DNA of 64,000 bases from Alphaproteobacteria bacterium (GTDB lineage: Bacteria > Pseudomonadota > Alphaproteobacteria > UBA7985): contig CBFIBS010000013.1 in NCBI GenBank assembly GCA_965660945.1, positions 11,271 through 75,270 on the forward strand, read 5' to 3'. Shown here in pieces: positions 28,525-38,095 of this stretch; within the stretch, counting starts at the first letter, position 1; every line of letters begins with the position of its first letter. The position numbers were made by a program, and so were the translations under genes. Under the pieces are notes generated by a model. It did no database searches. It was not told the origin of the DNA and worked only from the letters and a program-made list of their open reading frames with translations.

Positions 28525-30933
28525 TCAGCTGCCCGGGAACAGGCGGATGTTGAGACCACCAAGGTTGATCTCGTAGCCGGTGAGCTGCTGGCGCAGTTGC
28601 AGCGCAGGCTGGAGCCAGCGCCCGTTCGGGTAGGCGGCGAGGTAGGCGTTGACTGCCTCGACCGAGTTCGCGGTCCGGGCCTGATCCCAGGCTTCACGCT
28701 CGGAACCGGCGTAGAGCGCGGCAGAGGACGCCAGCACGTAGCCGACACCGCTGGTGGTGTTGATGCGGTAGAATTCCGGATCGCCACCCTGACCCGTCGC
28801 CGTGATCAGAACGTCAGCGTTGATCACACCAAGGCGCGGTGCGCTGACGTCGGGCTGCGTCAGGACAAAGGCCCGGTTGGTCAGGTAGATTTTCTCCCGG
28901 ATGTCTCGCATCTGCGGGCCCTGCGCGAGCAAGTCTTCGATCGCGCTGACCGCGTCTTCGTCAAAACGGCTGCCGGGGAATTCATCGCGGAAGTCACGGT
29001 AGGCTGCCACGGTGTTGGCATCGCTGGCCTGATCCCAGGCCTCGAACACCGAACCGGCGTAAAGTTCGACCCGACCGCTCCTGATGTAGCCCACGGAACC
29101 GCCTGCAAGGCGTAGTTCGATCCAGCGACCATTGCTGGTCTGGCGCGTGGCGCGGAAGGTGTCACCAGCCGATACTTCGGTCAGCACAGCCGACTGACGT
29201 GAAGTCTTGCGGTAGAGGTTGCTCGCCCGCTTGACCACGTGGATGCCGTTCAGCGCCTTGAAACCCGTGCTCTCTGCAGCCTGCAGCGACTGGATCGCAG
29301 CCACGGCTTCCTGCTCGAACGGGGAGTTGGGGTGCTGCGCGCGGAAACGGATGTATCCGAGCAGGGTGTCCGCCTCGACCGCCTGATCCCAGGCGGCGAA
29401 GACAGAGCCCTCGTAGACCACGTACAGGCTGTTGTGCACGAACACGGTCTCACCGTTCAGATCCAGCCGGATCCACGGGTGGCCCCGGACGATGCCGGTG
29501 GCGGTCAGGCGGGTGCCGCCGTCGACCTGACTGGCGACCGGCGAACGGGTGGTCGGCAGGCGGCGCAGGTTGGCGCGGCGCGTGATCACCACGTCACGGT
29601 TGATGGACTGAATGCGGTAGCTGGCGAGCTGCTCCCGGTAAGCCTGCTCGAGCAGGACTTCGATGCTCACCTGTGCGCTTTCGGCGTTGGGGCCTTCGGG
29701 GAAGGCATCAAGGTAAGCCTGATAGGCTTCGATCGTGCCTTCGCTCTGTGCCGTGGACCAGGCAGCCAGCTCCGAACCCGCCCAGGGTGCGAGCAGGGCC
29801 GGGTGAATGAAGCCGGTCGAGTTGTCCGGCATGATGATTTGGTACCAGCCGGTATCGGCAACCTGTCCGAGGTTGTAGACAACGGTTGCTGCGGGCAGGC
29901 GGGCAATCCGGCCAAAGCTTGTCGACGGGCCGCTGCGCACGTTGGCCTTGCGGGTCACGTACCAAGACTCGTTGATCGGGTTGAGCTGGAACTGTGGCTC
30001 GTTGGGTGCGTTCAGGTCATCGATCGCAGCCTGCGCAGCGTCCGCGTAGTAACCTTCGGGGAAGAAGGCGAGGTAGTCCTCAAAATCCTCGACGTTGTCC
30101 GAACCCTGAATCGCGTCCCAAAGGCGCTGCTCCCGCGCAGAAGGGCCTGCAGCGACAGGTTCTTCGACTTCGGGGTTCAGCCGGACGTTGGCGGTAAAGC
30201 CCCCGGAGAGGTAGGGGGTCTGACGACCACTGGATTGGTTCTCGACCCGCGCACCGACGTTGGTGAGGAAGGACACCGCCTCGCGGTCCATGCGCGAAAG
30301 GCGGTTGTTGAGGACCTTGGCAAAGACGTTGGCGTCGTTCTTCTGGCCTAGGTTACGCGCGCCGGGCTGAACCGCCATCAGCGTCAGCGTGCTCTCGCTG
30401 TCTGCAGGTGCGACGGCACGGTCGGAGATCTGTGCACCCGGCAGCAGGGGCTTGAGCTGGTTATCAGCGAGGTGACGGTAGTTGGTGTCCATGATCACCA
30501 CGTCGGGGATCTCATCACGCTCCATCTGGGCCCGGACATCCTCCATGGCGATGAAGTTGAACGCGAGGTCAAGACCGGTTGTCACAGCGGCATCTGCGGG
30601 GACAAGGTGGGTGACACCATCGACGCTCACCACGTGCCCGGAATAAATGAACAGCCGGTGTTCAGGTGCGGCTTCACTGGCGAAGAACGTTGACAGGGCA
30701 GTGCGGGTCTCCTGCGCGCCGGCGTTGGTCAGCAGGGCGACATCGTAGCCGTTGCCGTCAAGCGTTTCCGCGAGCATGGATGCGTCCGAGGCTGCATCGG
30801 GCAGGTTGGAAAAGTTGGCGTAGGTTGAGTTGCCGATGATTAGCGCGATCGGCTGCGCTGCTGCTGATGCAGCGGCCAGAACCGAGAAGCCAAGGGCGGC
30901 TGCCAAGCCGGAAAGTGCGCGGGGCCGTGACAT
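28525..30933 (-). CDS. Exported caspase-like (peptidase C14) domain protein with four SH3b domains and five helical repeats
   Basis: Signal peptide; ALIIGNSTY..LP...DA, YSGH, HLVPADA and RQTPY motifs; NVRSGPST...WYQI...GFI SH3b units; AW..A....T..AY..YL..FP.G repeats; ATG 30933. Confidence 0.85.
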   Translation of the reverse strand: MSRPRALSGLAAALGFSVLAAASAAAQPIALIIGNSTYANFSNLPDAASDASMLAETLDGNGYDVALLTNAGAQETRTALSTFFASEAAPEHRLFIYSGHVVSVDGVTHLVPADAAVTTGLDLAFNFIAMEDVRAQMERDEIPDVVIMDTNYRHLADNQLKPLLPGAQISDRAVAPADSESTLTLMAVQPGARNLGQKNDANVFAKVLNNRLSRMDREAVSFLTNVGARVENQSSGRQTPYLSGGFTANVRLNPEVEEPVAAGPSAREQRLWDAIQGSDNVEDFEDYLAFFPEGYYADAAQAAIDDLNAPNEPQFQLNPINESWYVTRKANVRSGPSTSFGRIARLPAATVVYNLGQVADTGWYQIIMPDNSTGFIHPALLAPWAGSELAAWSTAQSEGTIEAYQAYLDAFPEGPNAESAQVSIEVLLEQAYREQLASYRIQSINRDVVITRRANLRRLPTTRSPVASQVDGGTRLTATGIVRGHPWIRLDLNGETVFVHNSLYVVYEGSVFAAWDQAVEADTLLGYIRFRAQHPNSPFEQEAVAAIQSLQAAESTGFKALNGIHVVKRASNLYRKTSRQSAVLTEVSAGDTFRATRQTSNGRWIELRLAGGSVGYIRSGRVELYAGSVFEAWDQASDANTVAAYRDFRDEFPGSRFDEDAVSAIEDLLAQGPQMRDIREKIYLTNRAFVLTQPDVSAPRLGVINADVLITATGQGGDPEFYRINTTSGVGYVLASSAALYAGSEREAWDQARTANSVEAVNAYLAAYPNGRWLQPALQLRQQLTGYEINLGGLNIRLFPGS

Positions 30934-31118
30934 GGTATGGATCTCCTCATCATACGTAAGCCCCGCTTCAAATGTGCACGCCATAGGTGCAGGGGGCAAG
31001 ATAAATTCGACCAACGGGACGCTAGAGCAGGGTTTGCCGGTCGGATCAACCTTCCTGAGCCCGCGTTGTAGCACTCAGGGATAAAGCGTTCGATTTTCAC
31101 GCGTTCGTCGATACCGTG

Positions 31119-31137
31119 ACATTTTGGGGCAAAATGT
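31119..31137. promoter_or_regulatory. Inverted repeat, possible operator in a divergent promoter
   Basis: ACATTTTG-GGG-CAAAATGT with perfect 8-bp arms. Confidence 0.4.
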
Positions 31138-31200
31138 TTCAAACTGTGTCAGCTTGACGGCTACACTGGCGCGGTTGCCTGTCGGCCACCCTTTGCGCTT

Positions 31201-31818
31201 GTGCCAGAGCGCCCCACGAGAAGACGGAGAAAACCCTTGTCTGGACTAAAGAAGACTTTCGAAGGCTCGGTAACCTTCCTCGGGGTTAACAGCTCGCTGG
31301 ATCAGGATCTGGTCTCCGCCGCGCTATCGGAGGTGCAGATGACCTTCGCTGGCTTTGAGGGCGAGGACCATGGCGGGCTGACCCGTTCAGCCTGTTCCCG
31401 GCTCAGAAACGTTCACCCCAAGGGGACGCCGCTCAAGAACCAGCGCCAGCTGACCGTGCTCAGCGTCGAAGAAATGGCAGAGACAGCCGACAGCATGGGC
31501 ATCGACACCGGTATTCAGCCCGAATGGGTCGGTGCCAATCTCGTGCTCTCGGGCATACCGAGCCTTTCGCTGCTGCCACCTGGTTCGCGGCTGCAGTTCC
31601 CGGACGGGGGCACCATCGTCGTCGATCTGGAAAACGCGCCCTGCAAATTTCCCGCGGAGATCATCGAGGGCCACCATCCGGGCAAGGGCATGTCCTACCC
31701 GACAGCAGCCAAGGGCAAGCGCGGTTTCACCGCCTTTGTCGAGCGCGAAGGCCGGGTCCGTCTGGGCGACCATGTTGCGGTCTTTTTCCCGACGCAAAAA
31801 AAGCACCCGGCCCTCTGA
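31201..31818 (+). CDS. MOSC domain protein
   Basis: GFEGEDHGG, RQLTVLS, GANLVLSG, ENAPC (conserved Cys) and RGFTAFVEREG; start uncertain. Confidence 0.88.
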   Translation: MPERPTRRRRKPLSGLKKTFEGSVTFLGVNSSLDQDLVSAALSEVQMTFAGFEGEDHGGLTRSACSRLRNVHPKGTPLKNQRQLTVLSVEEMAETADSMGIDTGIQPEWVGANLVLSGIPSLSLLPPGSRLQFPDGGTIVVDLENAPCKFPAEIIEGHHPGKGMSYPTAAKGKRGFTAFVEREGRVRLGDHVAVFFPTQKKHPAL

Positions 31819-31919
31819 TTTGCCTTATAATGCTACAAATGGCCATGCTTTAATCCGGATTTCCGCCGCCGGAAAACTGTCTGTTCCACGCATTCAGTTT
31901 TCAGACGAAAGAGTACCCC

Positions 31920-34112
31920 TTGAACCACAAATTTCCGACCGGAACCAAGATTGACCCTGAGGATGGATCATCCCGTCTGCCCCTGCCTGAGGCTGACCTG
32001 GGGTTGGGCCGCGCGGGTCGCGCCGTTCGTCCATTGAAGCGCCCCGGTCGAAGAGGTCTGGGGGGGGCTGGGAGCGCCCTCACCCTTGGCATAGGGCTTG
32101 GTTTCGGACTGGGTGCCAATGAATCCGCAGAAGCGCAGGCTCAGGCTCAGGTGCTTGTGCAGGGTGCCGGACAGGACGGCTTTCAGTTTGTTCCGATCGA
32201 AACTCTGGCCGTGGAGCAACTCGGCGGTGGTGCTATCCGGGTTAGTACGCCCAGTGGCATTCAAGTGCTCGAAGCAGGGCAGTGGCTATACGCCAACGGT
32301 CAGGTGATGGCGTTGCAGTCTGTTCTCGCGCCGACCGTCAGCCTGGCAGAGGCTTGGACGGTTCAGGCTCCAACCATCGCTGCGACAACAGTGCCCATGC
32401 TGGTGCAACTTCCCACAGCGACGGCCGCGGCCGGCACAGCCAGCACCGCCGGCCTCGCACCGGCAGCGCCCATAATCGCATCAGCCGCTGCGCCGAGCCT
32501 GACGCAAATTGGCGTTGTGGCGGGCGGCGCAACGGTCGCCAGCGCCTCGGTTTATACCGGATACCGCCTGCTCAGCCGCGATGGCGAAGCGGATAGCGTC
32601 GATAACAGTGGATCTTCTTCGGGCAGCCCGGTAGCGGGCGATACGGCGAGCAGCCGCTCCGGAAACTCCGAGCCCGAGCAACAGCTGAACCTGCCGGGCC
32701 ATTCGTCTTATTTTACCGGTGATCTGCTGATTGACTCGCTGCTAAGCGAGGAGGAAAGCCACTGGGGCGGCGCCGGGCTCTACGACACCCCGGCGACTAT
32801 CACTTACAGCTTTTCAAACACCGGCTCGGCGCTGTCGATACGCGAAGGCGAGACGGTCCAGCCCGTCCCGGCCTTCTTCAAAACCAAAGTCCGTGAGCAA
32901 CTCGACGAGCTGGAAGCGCTGGCCAACCTGACCTTCGTTGAAATTCCCGATACCGGGAGTTTCAACGCTGCAAACGGTGAGGGTCGTGGCCATATCAATA
33001 TTACCGTGACCGATGATGCCATCGGAAATTCCTATGCCGTGCTTCCGGCAGGGGCTGAACCGTGGCTGGTCGACGATCACGGCGATATCGTCTTTGATGG
33101 AGATCTGCTTCAAGACGGTTATTGGGTCGACCCCTATCGCGGTGGAGAGATGATCCTGACCCATGAGATCCTGCACGCGCTCGGGCTGGAACACCCCTTT
33201 GAGGGCTACATGGATGCCCCCGCCTACATCGACAATCAGTATTTCACGGCGCTGAGTTACACAGAAGTCTACGGCGATACAGTCTTCCCGGCAGCCGCGA
33301 TGATCGCCGACATCGCAGCGCTTCAGCACCTGTACGGCGTCAACACAGCCACGGCGACCGGCGATGACATCTACACCTTCGACAGCCGCGAGATCTTCGT
33401 CGGCACCATCTGGGACGCAGGCGGGGTCGACACGATCGTGCACGAAGGCGCGCGTGACGCCATCATCAACCTCTTCCCCGGGCAGGCCAGTCAGGTCGGC
33501 GCGCCGCCGTCGGAATCCAGCTCGTTTTCTGTGGAGAGCATCGGCCACGACGCCGACGATACCATCGCCTCGATATTTATCGAGAACGACAGCGACGGCT
33601 GGGCGCAGATCGCCGAAGACGGCAAATCGTTCCGGCTGGTGTTCGACCCGGACACGTCGAATGCCGATGGCGACGGTCTGATGGGCTTTTCCGTCTACTT
33701 CGAAGACGGCAGCAGCGATTCTTACGTCATCAATAATAACAGCGTTGAGGTCGGCCTGCGCGATAACCTGCACCTTGCACAGGGCGTGGTGATCGAGAAC
33801 GCCGAGGGCGGCAGCGGCGATGACCAGTTGATCGGGAACGGCTTTGCCAACGTCCTCAACGGCGGTCGCGGCGACGATCATCTAACCGGCGGTGGCGGGG
33901 CGGATATCTTCCGCTTCGAGGCTGGCTTTGGTACCGACGTGATCCAGGATTTCCGGATCGGCGAGGACCGGCTCGAGTTCTACGGCATCGATAGCGGCAC
34001 GGCTGAACTGGTCGCTGGAGACACCATCATCACGGTGGTGGGTGAAGGGACCATCACCCTCGAAGACGCAGACGTTACCGACATCATGGGCATGGACAGC
34101 CTGCTGGTTTGA
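31920..34112 (+). CDS. Serralysin-like M10B metallopeptidase with RTX repeats
   Basis: HEILHALGLEH zinc motif, DIAALQHLYG, IWDAGGVDT, IENAEGGSGDD and GGxGxD nonapeptides; start uncertain. Confidence 0.9.
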   Translation: MNHKFPTGTKIDPEDGSSRLPLPEADLGLGRAGRAVRPLKRPGRRGLGGAGSALTLGIGLGFGLGANESAEAQAQAQVLVQGAGQDGFQFVPIETLAVEQLGGGAIRVSTPSGIQVLEAGQWLYANGQVMALQSVLAPTVSLAEAWTVQAPTIAATTVPMLVQLPTATAAAGTASTAGLAPAAPIIASAAAPSLTQIGVVAGGATVASASVYTGYRLLSRDGEADSVDNSGSSSGSPVAGDTASSRSGNSEPEQQLNLPGHSSYFTGDLLIDSLLSEEESHWGGAGLYDTPATITYSFSNTGSALSIREGETVQPVPAFFKTKVREQLDELEALANLTFVEIPDTGSFNAANGEGRGHINITVTDDAIGNSYAVLPAGAEPWLVDDHGDIVFDGDLLQDGYWVDPYRGGEMILTHEILHALGLEHPFEGYMDAPAYIDNQYFTALSYTEVYGDTVFPAAAMIADIAALQHLYGVNTATATGDDIYTFDSREIFVGTIWDAGGVDTIVHEGARDAIINLFPGQASQVGAPPSESSSFSVESIGHDADDTIASIFIENDSDGWAQIAEDGKSFRLVFDPDTSNADGDGLMGFSVYFEDGSSDSYVINNNSVEVGLRDNLHLAQGVVIENAEGGSGDDQLIGNGFANVLNGGRGDDHLTGGGGADIFRFEAGFGTDVIQDFRIGEDRLEFYGIDSGTAELVAGDTIITVVGEGTITLEDADVTDIMGMDSLLV

Positions 34113-35089
34113 TGACAGGTCCGGTACTCTCTCCAACGGCCGTTTCCGGCTTGATGCTGCCCCCGCTGCGTATCCGGGCGCTGTGGTTCGGGCTTGCGCT
34201 GCTTGTGTGGCTGGTTCTGGCGGTGCCGGCGTCGGCGCAGATGGTGATTTACCCCAAGACCGGGCAGCGCTTTGCCCTGCTCGGGCGGGGTGAGCCGACG
34301 GTTATCGTGCTCAACGGGCTGGCGTCATCGATCGGCGAGTGGATGCCCGTGGTGCGGCGGGTTTCGGCGCAGACCCGGGTCTTTGTCTACGAACGGCGCG
34401 GCAACGGTCGTTCGCCGGTCATCGCCAGCGCGCGCGGCTCGCGGGTAATCGCCGAAGAACTGCTGGAAATGCTCGACGACCTCAGCATCGATGGGCCTTA
34501 CGTGCTGGTCGGGCACTCGCTGGGGGCGGTCTACGCCCAGACCTTTGCTCGGCTCTACCCGGATCAGGTTGCTGGCCTGCTGCTGGTCGACCCGTCGGTC
34601 GAGCAACTCGACCGCTTCATGATGGGGGAGGATGAAGAAACCACCATGCCGCCGATGACGCTGGTGTTCAGCCCCGGGGCCAAGGCGGAATTCCGTGGCC
34701 GTCGCATGGCCATCACCGACCGTGATGCAGCCCCGCCCCTGCCCGAGGGGATCCCGGTGACGGTGCTCTCCGCCGGGCGCAACATGACCGGCGGCTACAG
34801 TGAGTTGCAGGAGCAGGTAACGGCGCTGCAGTCGCTGATGGCCGCAGACAGCGACGACGGCAGGCACCTGATCGTCGAAAACTCAGGGCACAACATCCAG
34901 AAGGAGGCCCCGCACGCGATCGAGCTGGAAATCGCCAGGCTGGTCGCGATTGGCCGCTCCAAAATCTGGAACATGCCCCAGCCAGAAGATGTGGCAGACG
35001 ATACCGGCGATGAGGCGGCTGAGGAATTACCGCCAGCAGAACAGACAAAAGCGCCCGGCACCGAAGGGGCGAGCGAGGCCAACGGCTGA
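34109..35089 (+). CDS. Exported alpha/beta hydrolase
   Basis: Signal peptide, GHSLG nucleophile elbow and SGHNI His motif; start overlaps the protease stop. Confidence 0.88.
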   Translation: MMTGPVLSPTAVSGLMLPPLRIRALWFGLALLVWLVLAVPASAQMVIYPKTGQRFALLGRGEPTVIVLNGLASSIGEWMPVVRRVSAQTRVFVYERRGNGRSPVIASARGSRVIAEELLEMLDDLSIDGPYVLVGHSLGAVYAQTFARLYPDQVAGLLLVDPSVEQLDRFMMGEDEETTMPPMTLVFSPGAKAEFRGRRMAITDRDAAPPLPEGIPVTVLSAGRNMTGGYSELQEQVTALQSLMAADSDDGRHLIVENSGHNIQKEAPHAIELEIARLVAIGRSKIWNMPQPEDVADDTGDEAAEELPPAEQTKAPGTEGASEANG

Positions 35090-35135
35090 AGCCGTCGGCC
35101 ACCGGTTTCTTGTCGCGGGTGGGCCGTCAGGCGGA

Positions 35136-36485
35136 TCAGTCTTCGGCGACTTCGTCCCGCACCCTGAACATCAGCAGCAGACCCACCAGCCAGAACACCA
35201 GAATCGGCATCATGCCGATATCCATGTTGTTGGTCAGGATGGTGACCGTGGCGACCGCAAACGGACCGAGGAAGGTCGTCGCTTTGCCGCTTAGTGCGAG
35301 AAAACCGAAGTACTCGGTGCGCTGGTTGGCCGGTGCGATCCGGGCCATGAACGAGCGACCGGCAGCCTGCACCGGGCCAACGAAGATCCCCAACGCTGCG
35401 CCGAAGCCGATGAAGGCCGTGGTCGCGGCTGCGTCGGGCAGCCAGTAAGGGGCCGTCAGACCCGGCACCCCGAGCACCAGCAGGCCGATCAGCGAGGCGA
35501 CAATCACGCGCTTCGCGCCGAAGCGGTCATCGAGGTAGCCGAAGGCAAAGGCACCAATCCCGGCGGTCACGTTAAGCAGGATGCCGAACATGATGATCTG
35601 GGTCAGGTCCATGCCGTGGCGGATCGCAGCGTAGGTCGCTCCCATGGCGAACAGGGTGACCGAGCCGTCGGTAAAGATCATGCGCGCGATCAGGAACCGG
35701 CGGATGTTAGGCTGGCGTAGGATGGTCCCGCCGGTTTTGCGAACCGTGCTCAGGCCCTCGCGGATGGCCTGCCCGACCGGCAGACCCTTGCCCGGCCGGT
35801 CCGGCGTGAACAGGAACAGCGGCAGCATGAACAGGAAGAACCAGCCGGCGACGATCAGGTTGGTCATCAGCGTGGCGTTGAGCTGCGCCTCACCCTCTGA
35901 GCCCAGCACCAGCACCAGACACAGCACAAGGCTGATCAGCCCGCCGAAATAGCCCAGCCCCCAGGCCCAGCCCGACCAGCGGCCGACCCTGTCCTTGCTG
36001 ACGAGATCGGGCAGCATGGCATTGTTGAACACGATCCCGAGCTCGAAGCCTGAGTTCGCGACCGCAACCAACAGCACCGCCGGAATGATGAAAATCGGCT
36101 CGGGCCGCATGAAGAACAGCGCGACGGTGGCGATGATACAGATCATCGAAAAGGTGAAGATCCACGGCTTGCGGCGCCCGCCAAGGTCGGCCACTGCGCC
36201 GAATATCGGCGCCAGCAGGGCGATGGAAATGGCAATGAAGGTGGTGGAATAGCCCCACAGCGCCTGTCCCCGCGTATCGCCGAGCCGCTCCGAAAGGGTG
36301 AGATTGGCTTCCTGCTCTTCGCTCAGGCACCCTGCCCACTCCGCGGTACAGACGAGTACGTCGGCGAAGTAGATCGAGAAAATGAAGGTGATGACAATCG
36401 TGGTGAAGGCTGAATTGGCGAAGTCATAGAGCGACCAGGACCAGAGCGCGCGCGGTCCTGCTTGTTTGGTGGTCGTCGTGGTCAT
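35136..36485 (-). CDS. MFS transporter, UMF1/ATG22-like family
   Basis: WSLYDFANSAF, GWAWGLGYFGG and about 12 TM segments. Confidence 0.9.
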   Translation of the reverse strand: MTTTTTKQAGPRALWSWSLYDFANSAFTTIVITFIFSIYFADVLVCTAEWAGCLSEEQEANLTLSERLGDTRGQALWGYSTTFIAISIALLAPIFGAVADLGGRRKPWIFTFSMICIIATVALFFMRPEPIFIIPAVLLVAVANSGFELGIVFNNAMLPDLVSKDRVGRWSGWAWGLGYFGGLISLVLCLVLVLGSEGEAQLNATLMTNLIVAGWFFLFMLPLFLFTPDRPGKGLPVGQAIREGLSTVRKTGGTILRQPNIRRFLIARMIFTDGSVTLFAMGATYAAIRHGMDLTQIIMFGILLNVTAGIGAFAFGYLDDRFGAKRVIVASLIGLLVLGVPGLTAPYWLPDAAATTAFIGFGAALGIFVGPVQAAGRSFMARIAPANQRTEYFGFLALSGKATTFLGPFAVATVTILTNNMDIGMMPILVFWLVGLLLMFRVRDEVAED

Positions 36486-36671
36486 GGATCAGGCCTCCCC
36501 AAGGCTGCCGCCCGAGGGCGGAAATAGCGAACTGGCGGCACACTACACGGAAAGACGGTCTCCATAAATCACCGGATTGACCGCTGATCTGTCTGTGTTC
36601 GCCGGACTTGTCCCCAGTTGGGGCGGATATGCCCTGTTTCAGGGCTTTGGACGCCGCGCCTGCGCCCTATG

Positions 36672-36736
36672 GACAGGCCCTGAGTTGCTGACAGGGTCAG
36701 AGTTGTTGACCGGGCCGGAATTGCCGATAGGCTCAG
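36672..36736. repeat. Imperfect 18-bp tandem repeat x3.5
   Basis: GACAGGCCCTGAGTTGCT / GACAGGGTCAGAGTTGTT / GACCGGGCCGGAATTGCC / GATAGGCTCAG. Confidence 0.6.
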
Positions 36737-36788
36737 CTCCATAACGACTTGCAGAACAATATGTCCTGAGCACCGGGGGAGACTGACC

Positions 36789-37970
36789 ATGTTCGTGCCT
36801 GACCTGAACCAATCCTACGACTGGTCCTTTCCGATCCCGCTGCTCTATGGGCCGGGCCGGCTGGCCGAGCTGGGGGCGCTGTGCCAGTGCCACGGGGTGA
36901 CCAATGCCCTGATTGTCACCGACCGCGCCAGCCGTGATCTCCCCTTTGTGCAGGGTGCGCTGGATGCGCTGGCAGCGACGGGTCTCAAGGGCGCTGTGTT
37001 CAGCGATGTGGCCCCCAACCCGACCGATCAGAACGCTGAAGACGGATTGGCTGCCTATCGGGCCGGTGGTCACGACGGGGTGGTGGCGATCGGGGGTGGC
37101 AGCGGCATGGACGCGGGCAAGGCGATCAGCCTGCTGGCGGGCAAGGCCGGGGACATCTGGCGCTTTGACTATGATCTGGAGGTCGATGACAGCCTGAGCG
37201 CGGCTGATTTTCCGCCGCTGTTCTGTATTCCGACCACCTCGGGCACCGGGGCCGAGAGCGAGAGCACGGCGATGGTGATCGACACCAAGGCGCTGACCAA
37301 GCGCTGCATCTGGCACCCAACCCACCATCCGCGCGCTGCGATTCTCGACCCCTTGGTGACAGTGGGCCTGCCGCCTAAGCTGACCGCCTGGACCGGCATC
37401 GACGCGCTGGTGCACGCGATCGAGGCCTATTGCGTGCCGGACTTCAACCCGCTGTGTGACGGCATGGCGCTGCAGGGGCTGGAGCTGGTTTCCGCGGGTC
37501 TGCCGCAGGTGATGCAGGACCCCGCGTCCATCCCGGCACGCGGAACCATGATTGTCGGCTCCTGTCTGGCGGGGATCGCCTTTCTCAAGGGGCTGGGTCT
37601 GGTGCACTCCATCAGCCATATGGTCGGCGCAGAGTTTGACACCCACCACGGCCTGACCAACGCTGTGCTGCTGCCGATTGTGCTCCGCTTTAACGAGGCT
37701 GCAATCGCCGCAAAGGTCCGGCCTATGAGCCAGGCCATGGGGCTGGAAACCACTGATTTTGAGAGCTTTTACGCGGCCGTCTGTGCCTTGCTCGACGACT
37801 GCGATATCCCGCGTTCACTGGCTGATATCGGGGTTGAGACCGACGAGGCCGGCATCCAGCGCCTTGCCGCCAAAGCGGTGCGGGATGCGGCCACGGGCAC
37901 CAATGCGGCCGAAGCCGGTGTGCCGGAGATTGCCGACCTGATCCGCCGCTCGCTGGTCGCAGCGCGCTAA
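36789..37970 (+). CDS. Iron-containing alcohol dehydrogenase
   Basis: GGGSGMDAGK, PTTSGTGAE, DALVHAIE, GLVHSISH and HHGL motifs. Confidence 0.93.
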   Translation: MFVPDLNQSYDWSFPIPLLYGPGRLAELGALCQCHGVTNALIVTDRASRDLPFVQGALDALAATGLKGAVFSDVAPNPTDQNAEDGLAAYRAGGHDGVVAIGGGSGMDAGKAISLLAGKAGDIWRFDYDLEVDDSLSAADFPPLFCIPTTSGTGAESESTAMVIDTKALTKRCIWHPTHHPRAAILDPLVTVGLPPKLTAWTGIDALVHAIEAYCVPDFNPLCDGMALQGLELVSAGLPQVMQDPASIPARGTMIVGSCLAGIAFLKGLGLVHSISHMVGAEFDTHHGLTNAVLLPIVLRFNEAAIAAKVRPMSQAMGLETTDFESFYAAVCALLDDCDIPRSLADIGVETDEAGIQRLAAKAVRDAATGTNAAEAGVPEIADLIRRSLVAAR

Positions 37971-38037
37971 GAGAAACCCGATGGCCGCCGCCACCCTCGA
38001 TGGACCTGGGGAAGAGGGGGCGGGGGAGACCCGGTGA

Positions 38038-38078
38038 CTGAACCCCGGGCCTGAACCCTGGGCCTGAACCCCGTGGGC
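38038..38078. repeat. 13-bp tandem repeat x3
   Basis: CTGAACCCCGGGC CTGAACCCTGGGC CTGAACCCCGTGGGC, just upstream of the amidase RBS. Confidence 0.7.
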
Positions 38079-38095
38079 GCGAAAGGAATACCGCT

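Noticed and set aside
36672-38078. Short tandem repeats as CRISPR arrays
   Set aside because: There are no unique spacers, the units are too short and no cas genes are present.
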